Shown here in pieces: positions 12,222-24,727 of a DNA stretch of 64,000 nucleotides. The first letter of the stretch is position 1, and each line of letters starts with the position of its first letter. The DNA is from Eledone cirrhosa. Its lineage: Eukaryota. The stretch is taken from the NCBI GenBank assembly GCA_964016885.1, contig OZ024740.1, positions 277,140,001 through 277,204,000 on the forward strand, given 5' to 3'. The position numbers were made by a program, and so were the translations under genes. The notes below the pieces were generated by a model. That model had not been told where the DNA came from, made no database searches, and was given only the letters and a program-made list of their open reading frames with translations.

Positions 12222-12764
12222 TCATTTTGTCCTAATTGTAGTTGTGATGTTGCTGTTCCATTCATGTATTCTATTTAATTTTGGTTGGAGTTCATTTATG
12301 TTTATTGCCTCTGTGATTTGTCTAAACATTGCATCTTTTCTGAGTGTAGATTCTATTTTTATTTCTATGTTCTCTAATTTACACTTATGTTCTATTTTAG
12401 CAAGTTGGTGGAGTACAGATGATTCTTTACTATCTTGAAGCTCTCGCCAGTGTTCATTTATCCGTTCCCCTATACTACGAGCTGTCTCACCTATGTACAC
12501 TATATTCTTATCTCTACATTGTCCTTCAGTACATCTTATGCTATATACTACATTTCTAGTTTTACAGTTAATATGGACGCTTAGTTTACAGATTATACAT
12601 TTCTTATCTATACAGGGAAGTCCTTGAAAAGGGTACGTATTGCTAATAAGTGTTTTTATGGAAGTACCTGGTCTTTCTACTATCTTAATATTGAGTTTAT
12701 GTTTATCTAGGGCCCTTCTATATTTGTAAGCTAATTCACCTCTAGGGGTTGTATCGATGAACAT
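12222..12764 (-). pseudogene. PLE GIY-YIG endonuclease domain fragment
   Basis: VVYSIRC...VYIGETAR motif pair in the ORF track. Confidence 0.85.
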
Positions 12765-12854
12765 TACACTCTGGTATTTATTGCTATCATACCATGAGTT
12801 TATTCTATTAACCTTATTCCTAGTTCTTTCTATTCTATTCCAAAAGTTGCTCCT

Positions 12855-13730
12855 CTACAAAGGGCAGGTCCCATTTGTGTCATTATTTACCATTTTTTTC
12901 CCATTTGGTTCTGGCTCCTCTATATACTCTGATTTTTTATCTTTGATTGTAACCAGAGAACTGCATACGGTGTATGAAGTGTTGTATGTCTCTCTCTCTA
13001 GTTCTTTGGGGTTGCACATGCGGGACACGTTTCTCATCACCAGTACCAAATCCGCAATCAGTATGTTGATTTTGGTATGGTCCGAAACAGCTGAGTTTCG
13101 GTGTATCAGATATTTGGAAGTCATGGGTTTGGCATAATGGGAATGGAGGATTTGTTTTTCGTTATTAATGGTTTCTAACCAGAGCTCTGTATCTAGTACA
13201 GGTAATCGATTGTTGGGGTGTTTGCTTGGGTAGTCTATAGTAACTCTAATACTCTGGTGGATGCAGTTAGCTATTTGCTGGATGCTTTCCATGGTGTTTT
13301 TCTCTACTTCCTGACTGTTCTCTAGTGGGGGTGTTTTTACTACGATGTTTATATCATCAACGTAGCGGGAGTACATTATCAGGGTTATGAGGTTGCTGTC
13401 TTCTAATTGTTCTTTAAGTTTAAGTTTAAGTCTATTGTCCCACCATACCATGAATAGGTTAGCTATGTCCCCTGCAACGCTAACACCAATGGCTGCTCCC
13501 TCCTCTTGGGCATATGTTTTTCCATTAAATTTGAACATATGCTCCTTAGGGGTTAATTTTATACTGGCCTCCACCGCATGTGCAATCATTTTCTTTAGTT
13601 CATCGTGGTTTTCGGGGGTCCGTATGTCTCTGGTCCACCCGTTCCATCTATCTGTGTGGGTTTTCTTGGCCATTGAGGTAATGGTAGGTGGTCTGCCTCT
13701 TGCTGGTCGTGTAGCCAGATCCATACAGTG
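12855..13730 (-). pseudogene. PLE reverse transcriptase fragment
   Basis: RYVDD catalytic motif. The first ~55 aa of the tracked ORF appear to read into unrelated sequence. Confidence 0.85.
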
Positions 13731-13922
13731 ATCATGTCTCGAGCTACCTGCCGGCGAAACAATTGTAACACGCAATAAACTGAGTCCAGGTGCATCACTA
13801 ATTTTTCGTTTTTTTATACTATTCACACTCTGCTCTGTATGAATATTGAGTGCTAATTTTGGCATACCGCCTATGGATGCACCATAGCTACAATTATACA
13901 CAAGTATATATATATATATATA

Positions 13923-14402
13923 TAGAAGTGGTTACACAACAGTTAGTTCACCATACCGAGAACAATTGTTTCACCTTAGCGGATCCTCAGCTCGTAATGG
14001 ACATGGTTATACGGAACAGGAAGGACAACTGTACGAACGCGCATGCGTAGAAACGATCACTTCACATAGGCAATACTAAATTGCGTGCGAGAGTTGTAAT
14101 GGAGATAATTGTGAAAGCCCGAAAAGTTTCTGGTTGATAAGAAAATTAGGATGTTGTTGTAATTCTTTCCGGAGCTTTGTAGTTATGTAAGAGGTGTTTC
14201 CAGACTTGTGGACAACGTGTGAAGAATTCATTCTTGTGTTTAGGCAATCGCTATTGCGTAATCTCTTTAGAATATTTATTCGTTCATCAATACATAGTCC
14301 ACGGTATGGTGAACTAACTTTTGTGTAACCACTTCTACCTAACTCGTCCCATGGACTGAGTGCTCTACCACTACGGATATTACCTTCCAGTGTTCTACCA
14401 CT
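13923..14402 (-). mobile_element. Short Naiad-type PLE remnant with inverted pseudo-LTR, in (TA)n
   Basis: Minus strand encodes IDERINILKRLRNSDCLNTR/EFFTRCPQVWKHLLHNY (frameshifted Naiad-like C-terminus). 13923-13958 is the reverse complement of 14302-14337. Confidence 0.7.
13951..14000 (-). ncRNA. Minimal type I hammerhead ribozyme
   Basis: CCATTACGAG-CTGAGGA-TCCgctaaGGT-GAAA-CAATTG-TT-CTCGGTATGG: stem I CGAG/CTCG extended by CCAT/ATGG, palindromic stem III, GUU site. Confidence 0.65.
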
Positions 14403-14641
14403 ATATATATATACTCATACATATTTGTATATATGTATATATATATACATATTTACATATATATTTGTATATATGTATATGCATACATATTTGTATATAT
14501 GTATATACATACATATTTACATATATATTTATATATATATATGTAAATTTATTTATATATATATAAATATATATATATATGTATATATATATATTTATAT
14601 ATATATATATATATACATACATATTTGTATATATGTATATA

Positions 14642-14682
<41 letters not shown>

Positions 14683-15217
14683 TACTACGTGAGAGAATAA
14701 GGTAAGACATTACACATATATATTTACACTTTGCTGATGATGTCAAATAAAACAAAAAAAAACGTGTCAGAGGTGTCATCGAATTGCTAAATATCATTAT
14801 TTATTCCCAAATACATTTTATATTTAAATAAATGAAACTAATTAATGTTTCAGCTTTGTCTCGTCATAGATTTATTTGTCCTTTAGAAAATGAAGTTTTT
14901 CAATAGTAATGGCGTAATGATATTTAATTAAAATGTTTTGGCTCAGTACATTGAATAAGCGAGCATCTTTTCTACATATATACCTATATCTGTATGTAGG
15001 AAAACATATGCTTGTCTATGCTCAAGATATGAATTAAGAAAATACATACGGTTAATACGTACACTTATATTGTGAAATCCTATTTATCAGAAATCATAGG
15101 CACATATTACAACATTTATATTTAAGTATAAACATTCATATATGTGCGTGTGTGTGAGTCTTTATAACTACTTAATAGATAAAATATAAAACACGCATAC
15201 CTACACACATACATATA

Positions 15218-15261
<44 letters not shown>

Positions 15262-15329
15262 TATATAAATATATATATATACATATATATATATATGGGG
15301 GGGTGTAAACATGCATTATATATATTTAT

Positions 15330-15606
15330 ATATAACTATCCGGGAGCTTCCAACAGCAATGGTTGCTTTCTTTAAGGGTATGTCAATATTTATTTATAAA
15401 ACTGATCTATATTATATTTTATCTGATGAAAGCACACCATAATTTAACTTGGTGTCCTTGAAATATGTATAATGAAATAAATATGGTTTTATAAATATAG
15501 TTTCCATTTGTTAATATCGTATTTTTACTCCAAATATTTGTTGAGTGCTTTATATCAGTTATAAAAATATTTGCTTGTTGTATCCCAACAATTTAAATAG
15601 AACTTT

Positions 15607-15610
<4 letters not shown>
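15330..15610 (+). mobile_element. Solo PLE pseudo-LTR between TA-rich tracts
   Basis: Contains a hammerhead with the same architecture as 11674-11740; bounded by TA repeats. Confidence 0.55.
15415..15479 (+). ncRNA. Minimal type I hammerhead ribozyme
   Basis: Stem I TATTTTAT/ATGAAATA; CTGATGA at 15423-29; stem II AAGCACACCA/TGGTGTCCTT; GAAA at 15460-63; stem III TATGTA (possibly CpG-decayed TACGTA); AUA site. Confidence 0.7.
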
Positions 15611-15644
<34 letters not shown>

Positions 15645-15743
15645 AAAGGGGTCTTACTGGTTCCTATTACCCACTCTACTACCTCAAGTATTGAGTACTT
15701 TGGTGCGTTATGGTCCACCTGGTTCCTTACCACATTTCCTTCG

Positions 15744-15789
<46 letters not shown>

Positions 15790-15922
15790 GTATACATATT
15801 ATATATACATATATATATACATATGCGTATACATATATTATATATATATATGTATATGTATATGCATATATAATGCTTTATTTGTACGCGTGTTTATGTG
15901 TACGCCTGTGTACAGGTGTGTG

Positions 15923-15996
<74 letters not shown>

Positions 15997-16135
15997 GTGT
16001 GTAGATACTGTTGTTTAAACCCCCGGTGTGGATGATACCCTTCCGGCAATAGAAGCAAAACTAGAAACATCGCTGATTCATTGCCTTAACTATATGAAAA
16101 AATAAAGATAATAAAAATACCCTGCTTGTACGTAG

Positions 16136-16175
16136 TTTGCTATATCTTATATGATAGGCTGGTCTATCTGTCCGC

Positions 16176-16210
<35 letters not shown>

Positions 16211-16421
16211 TGTGTGTTTGTGTGTGTGTATATGTGTGTGTGTGTGTACATGCATGTATGTGTTTGTTATATCTTATATGATAGGCTGGTCTATCTGTCC
16301 GCTTGTGTGTGTGTGTGTGTGAGAGAGAGTGTGTGTTTGTGTGTGTGTATATGTGTGTGTGTGTGTACATGCGTGTATGTGTTTGCTATATCTTATATGA
16401 TAGGCTGGTCTATCTGTCCGC

Positions 16422-16452
<31 letters not shown>

Positions 16453-16544
16453 TGTGTGTTTGTGTGTGTGTATATGTGTGTGTGTGTGTACATGCGTGTA
16501 TGTGTTTGCTATATCTTATATGATAGGCTGGTCTATCTGTCCGC

Positions 16545-16581
<37 letters not shown>

Positions 16582-16640
16582 TGTGTGTTTGTGTGTGTGT
16601 ATATGTGTGTGTGTGTGTACATGCGTGTATGTGTTTGCAT
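16136..16640 (+). repeat. ~123-bp minisatellite, 4 copies, embedding (GT)n and (GA)n
   Basis: tatatcttatatgataggctggtctatctgtccgc recurs four times with 119-127 bp spacing. Confidence 0.9.
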
Positions 16641-18099
16641 GTGTGTGCCTTTCTGTGTTTGTGTGTGTGTCTGTGTGTGTGCGTGTCTGTGTGTGTGTGT
16701 ACATGCGTTTATGTGTTTGCATGTGTGTGCCTGTGTGTGTTTGTGTGTCCATGTGTATATGTCTGTGTGTGTGTGTATATATACCTTTGTGTGTATGTGT
16801 AGGCCTGTGTATGTCTGTGTGTTTGTGCATGCGTATGAGTGTCATTGTGTGTAAGTCTGTTTCTGTGTGTGTGTGCCAGTGTGTATACATGTGTGCCTGT
16901 GTATGTGTGTGTATGTGTGTGTGTGTGTGTGTATGTGTTTGTGTGTATGTGTGTGTATGTGTGTGTGTGTGTGTGTATGTGTAAGCCTGTTTCTATGTGT
17001 GCGTGAGTGAGTCTGCGTGTGTGTGTGTGCCTGTGTTTGTATGTGTGTGTATGTGTGGGTGTATGTGTGTGTATGTGTGTGTGTGTATGTGTGTATGTGC
17101 CTGTGTTTGTATGTGCATGTCTCTGTCTGTGTCTGTATGTATGTGTAAGCCTGTTTCTGTGTCTGCGTGTGTGCGTATGTGTGTCTGTGTTTGTGTGTGC
17201 GTGTGTGCGTGTGTGTGTGTGTGCGCCTACGTTTGTATGTATGTGTATGTGTGCGTGTTTGTGTCTGTGTTTGTGTCTGTGTGTGCCTGTGTGTGAGTGC
17301 CTGTGTGTGTTTGTGTGTGTATATGTATGTGTCTGTCTGTGTGTATGCGTGTGTGTGTTTGTGTGTGTGTGTGTGCCTGTGTGTGAGTGCCTGTGTGTGC
17401 TCGTGTTTGTATATGTATGTGTTTGTGTGTGTATGTGTGTGTGTGTTTGTTTGTGTGTGTGTGTGTGTGTGTCTGTGTGTGAGTGCCTGTGTGTGCCTGT
17501 ATTTGTATATGTATGTGTCTGTATGTGTGTGTGTATGTCTGTGTGTATGTGTGTGTTTGTGTGTGTGTGTTTGAGTGCCTGTGTGTGCCTGTGTTTGTAT
17601 ATGTATGTGTCTGTCTGTGTGTGTGTGTGTGTATATGTCTGTGTGTGTGTGTGTGTGTGTTTGTGTGTGTATGTGTTTGAGTGCCTGTGTCTGGGTGCCT
17701 GTGTGTGTGTGTGTGTGTGTTTGTGTGTGTATGTGTTTGAGTGCCTGTGTCTGGGTGCCTGTGTGTGCCTGTGTTTGTATATGTATGTGTCTGTCTGTGT
17801 GTGTGTATGTCTGTGTATGTGTGTGTGTTTGTGTGTGTATGTGTTTGAGTGCCTGTGTCTGGGTGCCTGTGTGTGCCTGTGTTTGTATATGTTTGTGCCT
17901 GTCTGTGTGTGTGTCTATGTGTGTGTATATATGTGTGTGTGTGTGTGTGTTTATGTGTGTGTGTGTTTGAGTGCCTGTGTCTGAGTTCCTGTGTGTGCCT
18001 GTGTTTGTATATGTATGTGTCTGTCTGTGTGTGTGTGTGTGTGTCTTCGTGTGCCTGTGGCTGAGTGCTTGTGTGTGCCTGTGTTTGTATATATATGTC

Positions 18100-18142
<43 letters not shown>

Positions 18143-18341
18143 TTGTGTGCCTGTGTCTGAGTGCCTGTGTGTGCCTGTGTTTGTATATATATGTCTGTCT
18201 GTGTGTGCGTGTGTGTGTCTGTGTTTCTGTGTATGTGTGTGTGTGTGTTTGTGTTTGTGTGTGTGTGTGTTTGTGTGTCTGTGTTTGAGTGCCTGTGTGT
18301 GCCTGTGTCTGTGTCTGTGTCTGTATGTATGTGTAAGTCTA

Positions 18342-18385
<44 letters not shown>

Positions 18386-18540
18386 TGTGTTTCTGTGTAT
18401 GTGTGTGTGTGTGTTTGTGTTTGTGTGTGTGTGTTTGAGTGCGTGTGCGTGCCTGTGTTTGTATATGTATATATATATATATGTCTGTATGTTTGTGTCT
18501 GTATATATGTGTAAGCCTATTTGTGTGTGTGTGTGTGTGT

Positions 18541-18615
<75 letters not shown>

Positions 18616-18877
18616 TGTGTGTGTGTGTGTGGGCGTGTGTGTGTGTATGTGTGTGTGCGTGTCTGTCTGGGTGTGTGTGTCTGTGTGTGTGTGTGTGTGT
18701 GTGTGTCTGTGTGTGTGTGTCTGTGTGTGTCTGTGTGTGTCTGTGTGTGTGTGTGTGTGTGTTGTACTGCGACTTGTGTCTGTATATATGTGTAAGCCTA
18801 TTTGTGTGTGTGTGTGTGTGCGCGCGCGCGCGCGCGCGTGTGTGTGTGTCTGTGTGTCTCTGTGTGTGTGTGTGTGT

Positions 18878-18908
<31 letters not shown>

Positions 18909-19050
18909 GGCGTGTGTGTGTGTATGTGTGTCTGCGTGTCTGTCTGTGTGTGTGTGTCTGTGTGTGTGTGTGTGTGTGTGTGTCTGTGTGTGTGTGTCTG
19001 TGTGTGTCTGTGTGTGTCTGTGTGTGTGTGTGTGTGTGTGTGTTGTACTG
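16640..19050 (+). repeat. 2.4-kb degenerate (GT)n tract with higher-order sub-repeats
   Basis: Recurrent gagtgcctgtgt and gtttgtatatgtatgtgtct; gttgtactgcgact duplicated at ~18761 and ~19042. Confidence 0.95.
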
Positions 19051-19399
19051 CGACTGATGGTAAAAAGTGTGCAGGTGTATTTAATTTGGCGCAGTTTTAC
19101 CCAAAAGGTGAGTGGCAATTCAACGATGCGTGAATGAAATGAGAACAGCTTGTTGTGTGTTAGAAGATGTTACAGCCTGGTGTTGTTGGTACAGGTTTTA
19201 CTTTTATTTCTACAATTTCCTCCTCACCCTCTCTTCCCGTCCTGCTCTTATTTTACCTATTGCTGGGTGCTTGTGGGGTTGCTGTTGGCCTTTGCCGGTA
19301 ATGGTGTTGTTTAAGGGTGATGGCGGTGGTCGCAATCGTAGTCATGGTGATGATGACTGGCATATTATGGTCATGATGTTGATGCTAGCAGCCACGATA

Positions 19400-19660
19400 C
19401 TGATGATGATGGTGCTGATGTTGATGGTGATGGTGATGATGATGATGATGATGATGGTGGTGATGATGGTGATGATGGTGATGATGATGATGGTGGTGAT
19501 GATGGTGCTGATGGTGATGGTGATGGTGATGGTGATGGTGATGATGATGATGGTGATGATGATGATGATGGTGCTGATGGTGATGGTGATGGTGATAGTT
19601 ATGGTGATGATGGTGATGATGGTGGTGCCGATGGTGATGATGATGATGATGATGATGGTG
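19400..19660 (+). repeat. (GAT/GGT)n triplet tract
   Basis: Direct reading. Confidence 0.9.
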
Positions 19661-19844
19661 TTGAATGAATTTACCGGAAAGAAAATAACATGGACGGTTT
19701 TCTTTGGAACAGTTGTAGAAATTAATTTTGCCTTGAAGGAAATAGATAAAATTCCTTGAGGTAACGGTTGTAGCTGTTGTTGGTGGTGTTGTAGTGGTGT
19801 TGTTGGTGGTACTTTAGTTGATGTGTGTCATGGTGTTGGTGATG

Positions 19845-22770
19845 TTGATAGTGATGGTGTTGATGATGTTGATAGTGATGATGTTAGTGGTAGTGTAGGT
19901 AATAGTGGTTTTGGGGGGTGAGGTTAGTGGTGGTGTTTGTGGTGTTTGTGGTGGTGTTGGTGATGTTGATAGTGATGATGTTAGTGGTAGTGTAGGTAAT
20001 AGTAGTTTTGGTGGGTGAGATTAGTGATGGCGTTTGTGGTGTGTGTGATGGTGTTGGTGATGTTGATAGTGATGATGTTAGTGGTAGTGTAGGTAATAGT
20101 AGTTTTGGTGGGTGAGATTAGTGATGGCGTTTGTGGTGTGTGTGATGGTGTTGGTGGTGTTGATAGTGATGATGTTAGTGGTAGTGTAGGTAATAGTAGT
20201 TTTGGTGGGTGAGATTAGTGATGGCGTTTGTGGTGTGTGTGATGGTGTTGGTGATGTTGATAGTGATGATGTTAGTGGTAGTGTAGGTAATAGTAGTTTT
20301 GGTGGGTGAGATTAGTGATGGTGTTTGTGGTGTGTGTGATGATGTTGGTGATGTTGATAGTGATGTTGTTAGTGGTAGTGTAGGTAATAGTAGTTTTGGT
20401 GGGTGAGATTAGAGATGGTGTTTGTGGTGTGTGTGATGGTGTTGATGATGTTGATAGTGATGATGTTAGTGGTAGTGTAGGTAATAGTAGTTTTGGTGGG
20501 TGATATTAGAGATGGTGTTTGTGGTGTGTGTGATGATGTTGATGATGTTGATAGTGATGATGTTAGTGGTAGTGTAGGTAATAGTAGTTTTGGTGGGTGA
20601 GATTAGTGATGGTGTTTGTGGTGTGTGTGATGGTGTTGATGGTGTTGATAGTGATGTTGTTAGTGGTAGTATAGGTAATAGTAGTTTTGGTGGGTGAGAT
20701 TAGTGATGGTGTTTGTGGTCTTTGTGATGGTGTTGGTGATGTTGATAGTGATGATGTTATTGGTAGTGTAGGTAATAGTAGTTTTGGTGGGTGAGTTTAG
20801 TGATGGTGTTTGTGGTGTTTGTGGTGGTGTTGGTGATGTTGATAGTGATGATGTTAGTGGTAGTGTAGGTAATAGTAGTTTTGGTGGGTGAGATTAGTGA
20901 TGGTGTTTGTGGTGTTTGTGGTGGTGTTGGTGATGTTGATAGTGATGATGTTAGTGGTAGTGTAGGTAATAGTAGTTTTGGTGGGTGAGTTTAGTGATGG
21001 TGTTTGTGGTGTTTGTGGTGGTGTTGGTGATGTTGATAGTGATGATGTTAGTGGTAGTGTAGGTAATAGTAGTTTTGGTGGGTGAGATTAGTGATGGTGT
21101 TTGTAATGTGTGTGATGGTGTTGATGGTGTTGATAGTGATGATGTTAGTGGTAGTGTAGGTAATAGTAGTTTTGGTGGGTGATATTAGTGGTGGTGTTTG
21201 TGGTGTGTGTGATGGTGTTGGTGGTGTTGATAGTGATGATGTTAGTGGTAGTGTAGGTAATAGTAGTTTTGGTGGGTGAGATTAGTGGTGGTGTTTGTGG
21301 TGTGTGTGATGGTGTTGGTGATGTTGATAGTGATGATGTTAGTGGTAGTATAGGTAATAGTAGTTTTGGTGGGTGAGATTAGAGATGGTGTTTGTGGTGT
21401 GTGTGATGGTGTTGGTGATGTTGATAGTGATGATGTTAGTGGTAGTGTAGGTAATAGTAGTTTTGGTGGGTGAGATTAGTGATGGCGTTTGTGGTGTGTG
21501 TGATGGTGTTGATGGTGTTGATAGTGATGATGTTAGTGGTAGTATAGGTAATAGTAGTTTTGGTGGGTGAGATTAGTGATGGCGTTTGTGGTGTGTGTGA
21601 TGGTGTTGATGGTGTTGATAGTGATGATGTTAGTGGTAGTGTAGGTAATAGTAGTTTTGGTGGGTGAGGTTAGTGATGGTGTTTGTGGTGTGTGTGATGG
21701 TGTTGATGGTGTTGATAGTGATGATGTTAGTGGTAGTATAGGTAATAGTAGTTTTGGTGGGTGAGATTAGTGATGGCGTTTGTGGTGTGTGTGATGGTGT
21801 TGGTGATGTTGATAGTGATGATGTTAGTGGTAGTGTAGGTAATAGTAGTTTTGGTGGGTGAGATTAGTGATGGTGTTTGTGGTGTGTGTGATGGTGTTGG
21901 TGATGTTGATAGTGATGATGTTTGTGGTAGTGTAGGTAATAGTAGTTTTGGTGGGTGAGATTAGAGATGGTGTTTGTGGTGTGTGTGATGGTGTTGATGG
22001 TGTTGATAGTGATGATGTTAGTGGTAGTGTAGGTAATAGTAGTTTTGGTGGGTGAGATTAGAGATGGTGTTTGTGGTGTGTGTGATGGTGTTGATGGTGT
22101 TGATAGTGATGATGTTAGTGGTAGTGTAGGTAATAGTAGTTTTGGTGGGTGAGATTAGAGATGGTGTTTGTGGTGTGTGTGATGGTGTTGATGGTGTTGA
22201 TAGTGATGATGTTAGTGGTAGTGTAGGTAATAGTAGTTTTGGTGGGTGAGATTAGTGATGGTGTTTGTGGTGTGTGTGATGGTGTTGGTGATGTTGATGA
22301 TGTTGATAGTGATGATGTTAGTGGTAGTGTAGGTAATAGTAGTTTTGGTGGGTGAGATTAGTGATGGTGTTTGTGGTGTGTGTGATGGTGTTGGTGATGT
22401 TCATAGTGATGATGTTAGTGGTAGTGTAGGTAATAGTAGTTTTGGTGGGTGAGATTAGAGATGGTGTTTGTGGTATGTGTGATGGTGTTGGTGATGTTGA
22501 TAGTGATGATGTTAGTGGTAGTGTAGGTAATAGTAGTTTTGGTGGGTGAGATTAGAGATGGTGTTTGTGGTGTGTGTGATGGTGTTGATGGTGTTGATAG
22601 TGATGATGTTAGTGGTAGTGTAGGTAATAGTAGTTTTGGTGGGTGAGATTAGAGATGGTGTTTGTGGTGTGTGTGATGGTGTTGGTGATGTTGATAGTGA
22701 TGATGTTAGTGGTAGTGTAGGTAATAGTAGTTTTGGTGAGTGCGTTTAGTGATGGTGTTTTTGGTGTTTG
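19845..22770 (+). repeat. 97-bp minisatellite, about 30 copies, almost C-free on the plus strand
   Basis: gtaggtaat at 19992 and 20089 gives period 97. Unit: gtgatgatgttagtggtagtgtaggtaatagtagttttggtgggtgagattagtgatggtgtttgtggtgtgtgtgatggtgttggtgatgttgata. Confidence 0.95.
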
Positions 22771-22789
22771 TGATGTGTGTGATTGTGTG

Positions 22790-23045
22790 TTGTTGCTGGT
22801 GCTGCAGCAGCTGCTGCTGCTGTTGGAGACGATGGTGGTGGTGGTGGTGGTGGTGGTGGTGGTTGTGATGTGGGGTGGTGATTGTGTTTGTGGTGGTACT
22901 GGTGCTGGTACTGCTGCTACTGTGCTACTGTTGGACATGATTGTTCTGATGGCCTGTGGTGGATGGGTGGTGGTGTGCCGGTGGTGGTGGTGTTGCTGGT
23001 GGTGGTGAGGTTGCTGCTGCTGCTGGAGACCTCGGTGCTGGTGGC

Positions 23046-23114
<69 letters not shown>

Positions 23115-23115
23115 G
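22790..23115 (+). repeat. Mixed triplet tract: (CTG)n, (GGT)n, (GTA)n
   Basis: Direct reading; pure (GTA)n at about 23047-23103. Confidence 0.9.
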
Positions 23116-23879
23116 ATCTTCCTGCTTGTGTTGGTGTTGATGATGAAGGTGAACGCAAAGAGCTGTTACAGGTTTAGTAAATATATATTTACCTTTGCGT
23201 CTTCTGAGACAACAACCTTGATGTAGGTTGGCGGGTAGATTGGTGGATAGGTAGCTAGCTATAATATACAAGTAAAATAGTGAAATAATATGACTATTAA
23301 CAGAAAAGATGTAGAGATAATGCTGAGAGTAGTGGGAAGGGGCGTATAATGAGAGAGGGAGAAATGAAGAAAGACAGACAAAAACAAAATACAGGGAAAG
23401 ATGAAGTAGAATGACATTGTACAGCCCTTGTTCAGCCTTAGCTGAACACACCTATAATCACATCCACTCCAGACATAACCAATTCATTCTTTACTTGATA
23501 ATTTGGTGTCTAAGTCTCCATTATCACTTTTCAAAACGGCTATGTTTAATTTGAACAAAACTATGTTCGTTTGCTCAGTTTGTAGAACATAAACCTCTTG
23601 TCTCCATCCTTCTTTTATTTTGATGACGGTGTGTTAAAATGAAGATTTGGCTGCTTATTTTAGAAGGTCAGAGACCTTTGTCAATACTCCTATTATTGTC
23701 TCCAGAAATTTAGGATGTGTCAAATATGTGAAATATAGATAATAAAAAACGAACGTGAAAGCAAATAATAAAATGTGAAGCGATGTTGGGAGTTACATAA
23801 GAAATATACAGTTAATCATATACTCTAGTCTTGTTCAATAAAAATATGGATTATTAAGAAAGTTATGAATAAAATTAAT

Positions 23880-23925
23880 TAATTGTTTCTACTTTTGGCA
23901 CAAGGCCAGCAATTACCCAGTACAT
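23880..23925 (-). mobile_element. SINE family A, extreme 3' fragment
   Basis: aattgtttctacttttggcacaaggccagcaattacccagtacatta. Confidence 0.7.
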
Positions 23926-24727
23926 TAATTAATTAATAAATTAATTAATGAGTATTTAAAGGCACTGTTAATACAATGTAAATGATGTATCTTTCATTTA
24001 TAAATGACAAAGAGAGGTTATATGTTGGGAGTTACAATGTTATTAGATGGACCGTTGTGATCCGACGTGTCTTATTTTTCTTTCTAGATAACTTTTTTTA
24101 TTGTTGACCTACAAATGACTCGTGAGTGGTCAGTCTTAAACTTCAATGTAGCAGGTTGTATGATGCTCCGAAAGGTAGTAGATGCTGTGGTGTGCAAAAC
24201 AACTTTTTCCGACGTAACACCTTGATCGGTATTATGATACATGATACCTTTTCTGAAAGCAACTAACGCAAGGTATCTCGTGCGAGTCTATAAGAATTTG
24301 GCAATCTACCACTCTGGACTAATACCGTGTGATGAAAGGCAAAGACGACTTCAACATACCAGTTCACTACTTATTCCTGTCATTTAAATAAAGGTAAAAT
24401 ACGCATTGAAATAAAATCAAACAAATATTTTCAATTAATTAAGGCACAGAAAGAATAGTTTGGAAAACGTCTAATGTCAATGGCCTTTCGTTTTAGTCAG
24501 CAACTCATATTTAAAAGGGAAATGAAAGTCTCTTACAATATATACATTAACAAGAGCGATAAAACATGTTTTTATCTGGACAAAAAAAACAACATATCTT
24601 GTTTGGTTCTTTGAATTTCTTAATTCTCCACAATCTTCTCTATCGTATCCCACAAGAAAACATTTGTTGGGATATTCTTGCTATACAGTGAATCCCAAAA
24701 CCTAGGTTTGCGTGATGCGATAGTGCT

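Larger units (their letters stand above)
11818..13730 (-). mobile_element. Neptune-type PLE, 5'-truncated and frameshifted (RT + GIY-YIG)
   Basis: RT: QEEGAAIG, YSRYVDDI, DYPSKHPNNRLPVLD, HYAKPM. Endonuclease: C..KKCIIC, NVVYSIRC, YIGETARSIGERINEH, RQITEAI..LN. Confidence 0.9.

Noticed and set aside
19112-19759. 215-aa Met/Val-rich ORF
   Set aside because: Product of a (GAT/GGT)n tract; no domain features.
19845-22770. 97-bp array as a CRISPR array or mucin exon
   Set aside because: No unique spacers, eukaryotic context, period not divisible by 3, and stops reached within a few units.
23193-23258. 66-nt minus-strand exon candidate LATYPPIYPPTYIKVVVSEDAK with AG/GT ends, faintly cadherin-like
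   Set aside because: The first half is a decayed (CTAC/CTAT)n repeat and no partner exons were found. RNA-seq split reads would be needed.
22609-23451. 280-aa ORF with poly-Y/H/Q/T
   Set aside because: Low-complexity triplet repeats are open in several frames; no recognisable domain.
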